The translations under genes and the position numbers were made by a program. DNA of 59,594 bases, counting the filler, from Platydemus manokwari (lineage: Eukaryota): assembly GCA_037951405.1 (NCBI GenBank). It is 6 parts of 6 records of this genome, joined end to end, with 100 filler letters (N's around TTAATTAATTAA, not from the genome) between each part and the next. Parts side by side here need not be neighbours in the genome. Positions count along the whole stretch, not along the records: positions 11,967 to 20,860 come from JBBMOY011333316.1; positions 20,961 to 29,584 come from JBBMOY011350538.1; 4 more parts are not named here. One strand, written 5' to 3'. Shown piece after piece: positions 12,339 through 24,600 of the stretch. How positions within the stretch are numbered: the stretch's first letter is position 1; every line of letters starts with the position of its first letter. Under the pieces are notes generated by a model that worked only from the letters and a program-made list of their open reading frames with translations, was not told the DNA's origin and ran no database searches.

Positions 12339-15300
12339 TAGTTATAACATTATTTACTCAGTATTATTTATGTTATTTATTTACTTGTTTATTCAATTTT
12401 TGTAATTCGTGTTTATTCACATATATCTCTTAAACATATATGCTGAATCTTGTGAAAGTAAAAGAAACCCAAACTCTCAGATGACTAACTGTCAGTGAAT
12501 AATAGACATCATTAAATAACATGTGTTTATTGTATTTATTTGGTTTGTCTACGACATATATTTCCAACACATACGTGCATTCTGAAGTGGATGCAATATC
12601 AATAATTAGGTAATTTGAACATATTGTAGACTCTTTATAACAACGTTATACATGAAGTGAGATTAGTGATTATCATATTTGACAATATGTTATTTTAAAC
12701 GTAAACCTATATTCGTATTATTCGGAATGTCGTCATCGTTGTCATGGTGATGGAACATTTCGCTGAAAACTCTAATATTGTTTTTATGTTAATAATATCA
12801 AAGTTTTGCCGTGAATTATTAGAAAATTGACCATTATATGTGCGATAACAATCAGAAAATACTCTAAATTGTGCCGATATTGAATATTTTCTCATATCTT
12901 ATCACAAATGACGATTATCTTTTGTCGACTTCCAGCTATAAATATTTAATTTTGTTTTAAAAGTGAGATAGCTGGTTTTTATCCAAATAAATTTTTACAA
13001 AAAAATAATAATAATAATTATTAGATAAATTGAAATTTCGAGTTTGTTATGTATGATTTATGTTCAATGAAATTTTGATATCATTTATTAGTTCTGAATT
13101 TATCAGAAATGTTGTTTAAATTCAAAATAGCCTCAATTTGATTTGCTCTATTTTTTGCGAACGTTCTGGTTTTGATTTTATGATAATAACACTATTGAGA
13201 ATTTATAAAATAATTAATAATAATACAAAACACTAAAATATATAAAAAAACAAAAGCAATGCAATAATTTTATAGGCATTCAATTGATTTCGAGGATTAT
13301 TGTTACGCAATAAAACTCAAAGAAAACAGTATCTAGTGAACCGTTTCATTATCCAACCATCCTCGTTAAACAAAAAGTAAGTTGGAAGATAATAATGTTA
13401 TACAAGCTGGTATTTAATACAGAGATATAAAGTGACAACAAAACGAAACAATAATATTTATTCTATTAAAACAATTAATTTAAAACACAGAATTTATTTA
13501 AAAGGGGTAGCCTAGTGCGCATTTCGGCACCCTAAAACATGAAGTAAAATAAAATATTGTTAACAAACTTTATATATCACGAATTTTTAAATTTAAACAA
13601 TTTTTTACGTCTTTATAATATTTTTCAACTATTTATACTAGTTGATAATATGTACTTTATATAATAATTATAATATAATTATTATTTTTAATTTATTATC
13701 CATCATACTCGTAGCTCAACCTGTAATCCATTATGAATTTGATTTTCATTCTCCAACAGGATTTATCCTGACGGCAATAATGTGCCAAAATTTATTGACT
13801 GTCAGTGCTTTAAAATTCCGTCCTGTTCTGCGTGAATTTTTTACCACAATATAGTAATCCCGGGTTTTGATTTACTTGATGATTTGGTCTCAAAATTAGT
13901 ATATAAACAGATAGCTTTTTTTAGTCTTATCCGTCACTGGTCTGAGGTCCATGAAAGGCCTGCTTAACAATATCAATGAAATTACTTGAGTTCATTATCA
14001 TAAATCATGGACGTAAAATTAAACCTCATTATATAAATGCTTGCACTAGTGTTTTCAAATTAATCACGAATATCTTGTGTCGAATCTGGTGTGCAAGCAG
14101 TTTATTTAGCTATTTTCATTCAGGTAAGTCACGTGTTATTTTCGTTATCGTTAGTAATTATCTATGATTGGTGACTTTTGTTACTAATGTAGTGTGTCTA
14201 TCTTTGTGTTTTTATAGGTAATGTTTGTTACCAATTTTATATATCACCAACTTAGCTCATCAAAATCGTGATGAATCATATCCATGAAGTAAACTTAAAT
14301 AATTTTATCTTTTATGCTGGAATATTTAGTTTTTGATATTTTATTTAATATTTTATTGTTATAAATTCTATAATTTTGGAATTCCATATTATTAGGCACC
14401 AGAACCACCCGTGATTTTTGGTCAAAGTATAAAATCAATTATATATTAGCTTAACTATAATATAATCAACCCAGTTAGCTGAAAATCCAGAAAAATAATA
14501 ATTAGTAATAAAATACATGGTTTGAACTTAATAATAAACTCACATAAACATCACTTTAGATAAACAATAATATTTATAAGCTAATTTCGATAATGCATGT
14601 ATGAAAATGAACTTGTATTGTGTTTAATACACGAATTTAATTTCATGGGTCACATTTATGTTCATTCATATCGTTAAATGACATGATGATTAAATATCTT
14701 CAATAATATTCGAGAAAAATTATACCTTTGTCAAATATAGAATTAATTTTACGTATGTAATTACTTTTGTAACATTTCATATCGGTTTGGGGGAATATTG
14801 CACTTGTTGGATGAGTGGCAAACATTAATGACTAATTCGACTATAAATCACGTACTTCGAATAAACACCAATCAGTATTTATATAGCATTCTCTGTAAAT
14901 GTTTGTCAACCAAAATATCACTAATATCAACCATTGACCATTAAAATAAACATTAACACAGAATTAAGAAACAAAAACATGCAGAAACTCCGGGAATGAT
15001 TTTCCTGTTTTTCATTACAGAAAATAACATAATTCATGGAAATAAACATTTGAATAAAATTAGGTTAAAATATTTAATAATAACACTGGTTAAAACTAAA
15101 TAAAAATCTTATAATCTATACCTACAATGTTTTCATAACAAAAATACAATTTAAAAATATCGGATTAATATAAATATTCAATGTTTACATAGAACCTTGA
15201 AATCAACGTCAGTGGGCAGATGAAAATTGTCAGACATTGTTTTGTGTCTGGTGTAATAATAATAGAGAATTGATTAACTTAAAAAAAAACATCCAATCAA

Positions 15301-15497
15301 AATTAAGATAGCAATGACACATACTCGATTATATTGTGAAGATAATTTAGCGATTAATAAATCGTTGGAAAATATTATCCTGCAAATTCAAAGAAAGTTT
15401 ATCGTTTATTAAAATGGAAAATTATAGAAAAAAAATCCAATAAGTATATCGATTTATTGATTATATTTGAAATATAATTTATTTATCATAGTATAAA

Positions 15498-16721
15498 ATG
15501 GACGAACAATGTAAATCTAAAAGAGAGAAACTTAGTAATTCGTCGATTTTTGCCAAAATTGAAAATCTCTACACAACCATTAAAGAAATGTATGAAAACG
15601 GAAGCAAACAATCGTTTATGACATTGAATTTGCAATTCATGATTTCGCAATTGCTTGCTATTTCGAAAGCGGCGCCGGAAGATTTTGCCGAATCAAATAT
15701 TAAAATTAAATCGATAATAACTCGTGATGCCAAGTCGTTCTACAAAGACTACCAGAATAAGGGATTTTATTTAATAGAGAATTATATTGGATTTGTATAT
15801 TGTTTGTTGACTCTCATGTCCAAAAGCATGATAATGACATCGACGGTTTATAAGATTTTAAAGAGTATTGGTTTCATTGATACAACGAAACTATTCCAGT
15901 CGAGAGAAATCGTTTTGAAAAACCTTTTGCTAAGTAATAGATTAGAAAACATGAACTTTCTTTATCTGTCAGAAACGTTTGCACCGAACGACGACGAAGC
16001 CAAGGTTTTACAGCCTTTACTTGTGGGTCCACCGAAAGTAACGGTAACTGCACTGGAAAGTTCGGAAATAAAGGATAAAGAGGTGTCGACGGCTGTTATG
16101 GAGAATATGCCGGTTAATATTGAGAAAATAATTTTGAAACCATCACCCTTCGAAGGCAACTTTTCGGCTTATTATAATGAATTACTATCGCAAATCCCTA
16201 AAGCCAAGGAACATCCATCAGATCATTATATCGAACCCGCCAAACCGTTAGCAGCGGAAACAGATAAAAATAATATATTGGACAAAAAATTGGGTAAATT
16301 GACTGAGTTGAGAACCAAAGCCAAACAAGAATCGTTTGTCCATTTGCCGAATGTTACTCAGGAGAAATTGTCGAATACTTCAAGAAATACATTTGGTAAT
16401 CCAATGGGGAAATGTTCCAACTCTCATAATGATGGGAATTTGTTGAAATTGGTGAAAAATACTTCAATGGAAACTGGTGAGAATACAAACCAGTCTATCG
16501 ATTTCAATAAAACCAATAAAAATAAAGAAAAAAACCACAAAACACCGATGAAGAAAGAAAAGAGAAAAGGAAATAAATTACCAACAGATATCAAAACGTT
16601 CTCTTTAGAAGAATCAAGTCGCAATTTGAACGAGATCGATTTCAATACGATGCTGGAAATTATGGAGATACCCAAACGAAAGAATCTGGGAAAAAGTTCG
16701 AAAAATGAAAATCGATATTGA
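15498..16721 (+). CDS. Intronless 407-aa protein of unknown function (helical N-half, K/N/S-rich disordered C-half)
   Basis: A 1224-bp ORF in very AT-rich DNA with raised GC. A possible 5'UTR intron 15444-15491 (GT..CATAG) ends 6 nt before the ATG. Confidence 0.8.
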   Translation: MDEQCKSKREKLSNSSIFAKIENLYTTIKEMYENGSKQSFMTLNLQFMISQLLAISKAAPEDFAESNIKIKSIITRDAKSFYKDYQNKGFYLIENYIGFVYCLLTLMSKSMIMTSTVYKILKSIGFIDTTKLFQSREIVLKNLLLSNRLENMNFLYLSETFAPNDDEAKVLQPLLVGPPKVTVTALESSEIKDKEVSTAVMENMPVNIEKIILKPSPFEGNFSAYYNELLSQIPKAKEHPSDHYIEPAKPLAAETDKNNILDKKLGKLTELRTKAKQESFVHLPNVTQEKLSNTSRNTFGNPMGKCSNSHNDGNLLKLVKNTSMETGENTNQSIDFNKTNKNKEKNHKTPMKKEKRKGNKLPTDIKTFSLEESSRNLNEIDFNTMLEIMEIPKRKNLGKSSKNENRY

Positions 16722-18646
16722 TAGGAAAAAATCAATAAATTTCCCAAACAGAAAACAATCACACTCATTCTATATTTTCCAGATTTAATAATTTATTATT
16801 TTTTCAGTCTTGGAGACAAACGGATCGATTTTGTTTTCTGTAATATTTGAGTAAATACTTTTTAGTGTTGAATTGATTGTTGTGATCTCCAAGGAATATC
16901 AAGTAAAAATGATGATAAATCATTCTGGGATAGAATTGTTTAGCTGATAAATTATTCAGAAAAATGACAAAATAAACCGACAGCGCTTTATAAACGTTAA
17001 TGTCAATCAGTAGATAAAATTAGGAATTTTTTCTAAAATATATTTCTAGCAGAGCAAATTTAATAAATCGAAGGTCGAATAAAATGGACAAATAGCGACA
17101 ATGTTGTGTTGTCCGATAATCATTAAAATTTGAAAAAAAGCTTTGAGTTCCTGAAAATGATAAATAAACAAATTAATCTCTGAAAATGTTTGTATAAAAT
17201 TATCATTGATCGAAGGTGAGAATTTGAAAGGTTTGATATTTAATTCTTAAATGGTAAAATAAAATACATAAAAATGATAACTTTATTAAATTAATAATTT
17301 TTTATATTTTATTTATTGACTTCTTTGATGGTTGATGAGTTACTTGAAGTTGCTTGCGCTTTAACCTACTACTGGTTCTTAAGGGGCGTCGATAACGGGT
17401 GTGAAGATAACGCCATCGGTAAATTTATCGAAAGCATCTAAAGGTTCAGTTAAAGCGAGTATCACCCTAACTGACTTACGTTAATTGTAATGAAAAATCC
17501 GAGTCCGCTTGTTGTTCTCTAAAGTTAATATCGAGATTAATGTTTTGGCAAATTTAGTTAGCTATTAATATTTTTGGTAGTGTAGCATGTGTGCTATATC
17601 TCTGTTGCTATTATTTTACACCAAACTCAATTCAAGATAAGATCTATTAATTGATTTATTTAGAAAAATAAAAGATAACAAAAGCCGAAACAATAACCAA
17701 AAAAATTCGTTCAATTGTCAGCACGTCGTCAAAGCAAGTAGCTGACAAAATCCGAAAGCGGACGGAGCAGTGGTCAACAATAAGAGATTAAATTTTGGCA
17801 GATTTGGGATAATAATTAGATTTTGATAATTGGCAATAATATGAAATTATAAAAAATGAACCGTTTCAATGCTAATTACTTAATAATGATAAATGACAAA
17901 AGGTAACACCAAGACAAATTGGGTAAGCAAAAACAAAATTGTAAACAAAATTGTTGATGACAGGAACATATGAATTGGCGTGTCCAGTCCTTTTGGATTT
18001 TCACTTGGAGGTTGTTTCACTTGGGTGTTGCTTTTGGGTTGTCCATAGTCAAGGGTGGTGTTATATTATGTGGATGTAATTGTTATATACATGGGTTATA
18101 ATATATAGCTAGGTTGTGTGGTAATTTGTTAAGTGGATGCTCCCAAAAACTTGTTTGAATATTATAGTCAAATATGCTTTATATGTCGACTTTCATAAAT
18201 TTGTTTTCAATGAATGTTTTATGAGATAGAAGTGTTTGATATAATACACAAATAATCGGAGATATAATACTTAAATAATTAATATAAAATTTCAAATCAC
18301 CATGATTATTCATCATAAATGATTCCCATTGCTGCGGTGATATTCTGAAAAATTATGGATTTCTAAATTTAAATGCAAATCACCACGACAACGTGCTAAA
18401 TAACAATGGGGAATTTACAAATGAGCATAAGACGAATAATAATAACAATTTAAAAACTATAAAAAAGGTTATTCGCACAATAATCTCAAAATTATAACCG
18501 AGTGATTTCATAGATTTTCTCATATATATGCGAAAACATTAGAAGGGCTCATACTGGGTTATTACTCGTGGACATTATTCATGTAGTCACAATATTTGTT
18601 TTTAAAATCTAACATCGTATACTTGTTAATTTGTTTTATTTATCGA

Positions 18647-18712
18647 TTGATTTAATACAAGCACCTAACTATCTGTTAGTTGCCAAATCATTGGGTGCTT
18701 GTATTAAATCAA
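18647..18712. repeat. Near-perfect 22-bp inverted repeat (hairpin)
   Basis: TTGATTTAATACAAGCACCTAA (18647-18668) and TTGGGTGCTTGTATTAAATCAA (18691-18712); one G-T pair, 22-nt loop. Confidence 0.9.
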
Positions 18713-18892
18713 ACCGTAAATGAAGATGAACAATATGATAATCAAACTCACAAATCAACAACTTATTGTACGTCATAAAAATACTTTAATAATCGATAAT
18801 AAATTGTTGATTTGAGTTAAACTGGTCACTTCATTAATTTGCATCAGAAATAACTAGCGTTTAGTTCATTTCATTTATCGTTAAAATTAGAT

Positions 18893-19186
18893 CAGCGGTT
18901 TTCAACCAGTCTCCAGCGTAACCTTCCACAAGGACGCTTCAAGGGTTCCGCGATTTCTAAATTAGAAGAACGAACAAATAAACCATATGTTAAATTCAAT
19001 TTCGAAAATCTATTTTATTATTATTATTATTATTTCATTATTATTTGTATTAGTTCATTATTACTTGTTGCTTAAATATACTAAATTTAACATAATTAAA
19101 CTCGGTACATTATTGCACAGAGGTTCCTCGAGCCAGGGGAATGTTTCCATCGGGTTTCTCTCCAGCAAAAAGGTTGAAAACCATTG
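18893..19186 (+). mobile_element. 294-bp non-autonomous hAT (Buster/Charlie-type) MITE
   Basis: TIRs CAGCGGTTTTCAACC and GGTTGAAAACCATTG; perfect 8-bp TSD AATTAGAT (18885-18892, 19187-19194) with a central TA, as in Buster-family elements. Confidence 0.93.
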
Positions 19187-19654
19187 AATTAGATATTGGG
19201 TCACAATAGATTTGAGGTATATTAGCTTAAGAATACCCTACTATATACACATATAATTTGGGGCAGTTTACACATAAGGATGAAGTTCAATTTAGTCTTC
19301 TCATTCACATGATATCTAGTCCTCAACACCGGTGATTCCGGTGAAACATGCGCAATGCATACACAGAGATATTAAACAGTCTTTTGATTCCCGAATGAAT
19401 TCTTGCTTCAAATGTTGAATATTTTTACATAAAAATGGTTTTCCTTGATTCGATAATTCTTACTCATTAAATGCAAATAATATAATTATATTTTTGTAAT
19501 AAATAGATTAATTTTCCCTTCACAAGAATGATGAAGAATGATTTATTAGTTCATTTACAACAATAGGCCAATCATCGAATATCTAATGAAAATATACATG
19601 TATAATTAAGATGGGAATTGTTATGTCAGTCAATAGTTACTCTCAAAAATCAAG

Positions 19655-20475
19655 TTAATCGTGCGAGATCATATGTCTCGTCAAATGGTGCCTTTCGCGA
19701 AAAGATTCACCACAAATCGAACAGCATAATTTATCATTTCTTTTCGATTTTTCCGAATTTCGCTTACGATCAGTGAAGTGATTGGAATCACTTTTATGAT
19801 GGGTTCTCATATGATACACCAAATCACTAGTCATTCTGAACGATGTGCTGCATTTTGCACACCAATTTTGTGCGATATTCAACGGCACTCCATTGCACAG
19901 GCGGCTGGAAAATGTGTTCTCCATGACACTGTTGAACGGTTCCGGTGAAAGTGCACTTTTCAGTAGATTTTCAACCATTGGATTTTTAATTTTATTAGCT
20001 TGAAAAGCTTGTTGAGAATTAGTAAGAAGAGATTTGATGGAATTTTCTTCCGATTTCGTAAAGATTTCCGATTCGAGAATCGAATCTGGTGAAAAACTGC
20101 TGAATTGTTTCTCGAATAAAGATAAAGAGAAATCAAAATCGAAGCACGGTAAAGAATTTGAAGAGCCATTTAGAAAATTATTGATTCTCGTGGAACTAAG
20201 CATGAGTTTCTCAGAGAAATTTGGAAGATTTGGATATTTATCCGGCCTTGACCATGAATTGGAAAACGTCTGAGATATTTCTCGATACGAATCAGAAGAA
20301 GTAGGTGATAATCGTCGTTTACGATTCGGTTTCGGTTGGACAAGCTGAGTTGAGTTCGGTTGAATTTGCGAATCCATTTTAATAGTGTTCTTGTTTGATA
20401 TGCATTTAAATAGTCTATGACAAATTAAGACGTAATTGTTCTCAAACACCATTGAACATCGAAAGCATGACAAAG
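19655..20475 (-). CDS. PRDM8: Last exon of a PRDM8/ZNF488-like C2H2 zinc-finger protein; upstream (PR/SET) exons not on this contig
   Basis: AQNWCAKCSTSFRMTSDLVYHMRTHHK and CSICGESFRERHHLTRHMISH match the PRDM8 terminal finger pair. N-terminal CxxC..HxxFxC atypical finger. Acceptor TTCTTTTTAG at 20476-20485. Confidence 0.85.
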
Positions 20476-20522
20476 CTAAAAAGAAATATCACGGATCAAA
20501 TTAATTAAAATAATAATTTTAA

Positions 20523-20730
20523 CAATGATAATGATAATAATAATAATAATGATAATAATAATGATAATAATAATGATAATAATAATAATGAGTATAAATA
20601 TTATAATAATAATGATAAATATAATAATAACAATGATAATAATAATATTGACAATAAAGATAATAAGAATAACAACAATAATAATGATGACAGTAATAAT
20701 AATAATAATAATAATAATAATATTAATAAT
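20523..20730. repeat. Degenerate (AAT)n microsatellite, intronic
   Basis: Long run of AAT/GAT/AAC triplets. Confidence 0.95.
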
Positions 20731-20860
20731 GGCAGTCGATCACGAGCGATGATGACAACAGCTTCTGTCTTGTGCAAGTGCATCTAAATTTTTAAAATAC
20801 ATACAGAAACAGCAAATTTAATGGTTTGCTCATCTCGAAAGAATGTCATAGGGGCTGTCC

Positions 20861-20960
20861 NNNNNNNNNNNNNNNNNNNNNNNNNNNNNNNNNNNNNNNN
20901 NNNNTTAATTAATTAANNNNNNNNNNNNNNNNNNNNNNNNNNNNNNNNNNNNNNNNNNNN
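20861..20960. other. Artificial contig-joining spacer
   Basis: N44-TTAATTAATTAA-N44. Confidence 0.98.
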
Positions 20961-21620
20961 TTAGAAATTTAGCTAAATGTTTGTGTATAAAATAAACTTA
21001 TAAATTAGTTATGAACCCTAGTTGTAATATCAATTTAATGCGTTTTGGAAAAAACTTTAATGAATGTGGTTGTCGAAAATTCTATTTCATTTTTCATTAA
21101 ACAAAATAGACTACCACATTTGATTGACTAATAACATGTAATATATAGCTATATTAAATTAAAGATTTTTATTATCTTTATTCAATTTTTACCATGATAT
21201 TATTATTTCGATATCATTGTTGGATATGAAATGATATCTTTTACACCATACCAATGTAATGTAATTGGGTATCAATATTAGCGTGCACTGAATATATATA
21301 ATTACAAATGCTGGAAAATTATTTAATTAGTTTATGTCTTTTTCAGATATTGTAGTAAGGTTTAATATTATAAAAATATCATGGAATAATTCTTATGTTT
21401 TACACTTAGAAAATATCAAAATGGATGATAATTAATTTAAGTAACATTCATAAAGTTTACATATATAAGGATTTAGCAATTAATTATGATTACTTTAAAT
21501 CTTTTCAGTTTATTTATACATTTTAAAGGGGTTAATTGATATTTCAAATTATTTTGATTGAATTTTAACTTTGTTTATATAATTAATCCTTATTGTGTAA
21601 ATTTTAAATTAAAAAACTAA

Positions 21621-24600
21621 ATGTCTGAGGATAGCTTTGTTATTACTTATAATGATCGAAGTAAAATAACTTAATTAAATGTAATATTTTATTTTATCTT
21701 TAGCCAATTTTCAAACATTAACTGATATTTATGAAAGCTGTCACAAACTTAAAAATGAGGTTACGCTTTTGAGGAAAAAAAATATTGAACTTGAAGGTGA
21801 ATTAGTACAACAAAAGAATCTCAATTCAGTATAAATCATCATGTAATGTAAGACTTATTTTTTATTAGGTAGTAGATCGTAAACTTCAAAGAGCACTCCA
21901 AGATGTTGAACATTATAAAATGAAGAAATTAATTGAAAAACCAGCAATTGTTGTTACCAATGATGAATCAATGGATATTGATTACGATGGTATTTATTCG
22001 AGCAATGAAGAAAGTCTTAAGGTGTACAAATTCTTTAAAATTATTTTTAATGATTAGATCCAGAAACAGTTATCTTTAGAAATGATGAATTGTGAATTAG
22101 AACATAAATATAAAGAATTAGAGCAAAACAAATTCGATTTACAACAAGAAATTGAAAACATGACCATCAAATACGATAATCTCAAAAATTCTCATGATGA
22201 ATTGAAATCATTTGTGGAAAGTAAAAAAGCCGAATTATTAGAATTGAATGATTTGAAAATGAAAATAAATGTATTGAATGAAATGGTTTGAGGAAAGCGT
22301 TAATAATCTGATTGTTTACATTTCAGGATTTGGAAATTTCATCGAATAACAATGGAAATTGTGAATCTAGTATTTATTTAAGTTTAGCCAAAAATGATGA
22401 ATTGCAAGTAAAATGTTTCAAATTAGAAAACGAAAACAAAAAATTCAAGTAAGTATTGAATGAGATTATTTTTATTTATGTTTTATAATGAATTTTTTAA
22501 TTATATTTGCTTTGAAGTGGAAAGTCTCGATATTTTTCGTTAAAAATTAATAGATAGAGGAGTTTTAATCGTAACAAGATTTATTTTTCGAATGATTTGT
22601 GATGAATATTTTAACATTCTCGCTTGTTGATTGTGATTCAGGAGAATTAAAACAAACCCGGTGATAACTTTTTTGTTTTTTTTAGAATTTTATCATAATT
22701 TTATTTATCGATTTTATGGTTTCATTTAAACATAAATCAATACCCATTTGTAGATCTTGTTTCCTCTTGCCATTTTCCTCCAATGAATTTCCATTCTCCC
22801 CACCTCACATCTGCACAGATCTAAATTTATTCCAATAATTCATCTATATTTATCACAATAAACCCTATTTTAAAATGATATTTTATTCATTCACAATCAA
22901 CCAGATCATTTATTTTATTGGTTCTCATTGAAATGCGATTATAAATATTGATTTTATTTTTTTATATTTAAGTTAATTATGTTTTTTCATTTTTTTCGTA
23001 TTTTTTTGTTTCTAGCTTCAACCATATCGAGAAATATTCAAATAATTTCGAATGTTGTTCTATCAATATCAACCATAGGTTTATAAGATCTTAATTAGAA
23101 ATCCATTCGAAATGATTTATTCCATTTGATCTCACTGTAAGACTTCATTTTTTATTTCACTGCTGGTTATGTTTGGTTGGCTGATTTGATAGACAAAACA
23201 TGGTATTCGCTCTCGTTTCATTTGGTGATGTATTTTCGTAACTTATTTAATGTGATCAAACATTTATCTTGCTATAAATACACATTTTACTGTCCTGGAT
23301 GAGTAGTCTGATTGAAAAACTAGCTATTCTGATATTTCTAATAAAAATGTTTTCCTAATCAGATTATTTAAAAATAAACAAAAATCCAATCTCTGCACAT
23401 TCGAATTCAATTGATATCATGTATTTTATTTTTTGTAAATATTGATTAATTAAAATAGCAAATGTAGTTAAATCTGATTGGCTGTCGTGTCACCAATTAC
23501 AAAAAAACAACTCAAGGTGGATTAACAGTTCTTATTCGATTGGTCACGAAGTGATTTTTAGTTAAATGTGAATTGAAAATAGTTATTTGTTGTATTTATA
23601 GTTGCTATCTCAATTTAAACTGTTATTAATAATATGATAATAAACTCGATTGATATGATTATTATTATTTCTGGTATCGATGATGTGTTATTAACTGAGC
23701 TATAATATAATCATTATTGATATCACATTTCTCAACACAAATTGATCTAAAAATATATCATCTTTGGATGAAAATTACCTTTCTAGTAGTGCTATTGTGC
23801 CATATTATTTGTTGGAAATAATAATTCATTTAATCAGAATATAAAACATGTCATCTCAAAGCAAAACTTCTCCAACAATTTGATCCGAAATTATTGGAGT
23901 TCTGTGATGACAGATGTTTAATGATCTGAATTGATAATATATTTTAGGATATAACTTAATATTTGTTTGATTTATAAAGTGACTGTGATAGTATAAGATA
24001 TTATTGGATCTTTCTGTTGAGAAGATAAACATATCTTCATCATAATGACATCGACACTCGATTTACAGAGATTTTACATATATGGAATCGGTTAATGTCA
24101 ATAAATATTTTACAGACACAAATAGAAATACTAATAGACATTCTGGTGCCATTTCTATGACTGTTGTAATTAGATATTTTTACATTTGATAAAAATAACA
24201 AAAAAGATGTCCTTTAGCATTGATTTATTTTCAATTTCAACATTATATTCTACATTTTATATTACTATTTTTTCAATTATTATTATTATATTTATTATTT
24301 TTATTAATCATAAATTGATGAATTTTTATCAAAGATATTTTTGGGGTATTTTTCGACCATTTTCAGATCATCATTTATTATTATTTTATTTCCAATAATA
24401 TCGATCAGTAGCGGGGGATATGATTTATTTAACAAATGAAATATATATATGGCCTCATCATTGATTATGATCTTTATGGATCAATGAGAAATGATGTGAG
24501 AATCATTTGGAATTTTCTGTCAATTTTTCTGTTATTTTAATCCCTGATCATGGAGAATTGATTATCATTTATTTGAGCACATCAAGCAGCACCTTTTTTC

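Noticed and set aside
15962-16768. Antisense ORFs over the 407-aa gene (likewise 20034-20273, 36223-36447, 30338-30754)
   Set aside because: Shadows of real coding sequence on the opposite strand.
17463-17474. Telomerase-RNA template-like CACCCTAACTGA
   Set aside because: The short match is expected by chance, is not a full CTAACCCTAA template, and I see no pseudoknot or H/ACA box.
18987-19187. Duplicated small membrane-protein ORF (also 52788-52970)
   Set aside because: Lies inside the hAT MITE; it is AT-rich subterminal sequence, not a gene.
20525-20783. Poly-Ile and poly-Leu ORFs
   Set aside because: Translation artefacts of the (AAT)n microsatellite.
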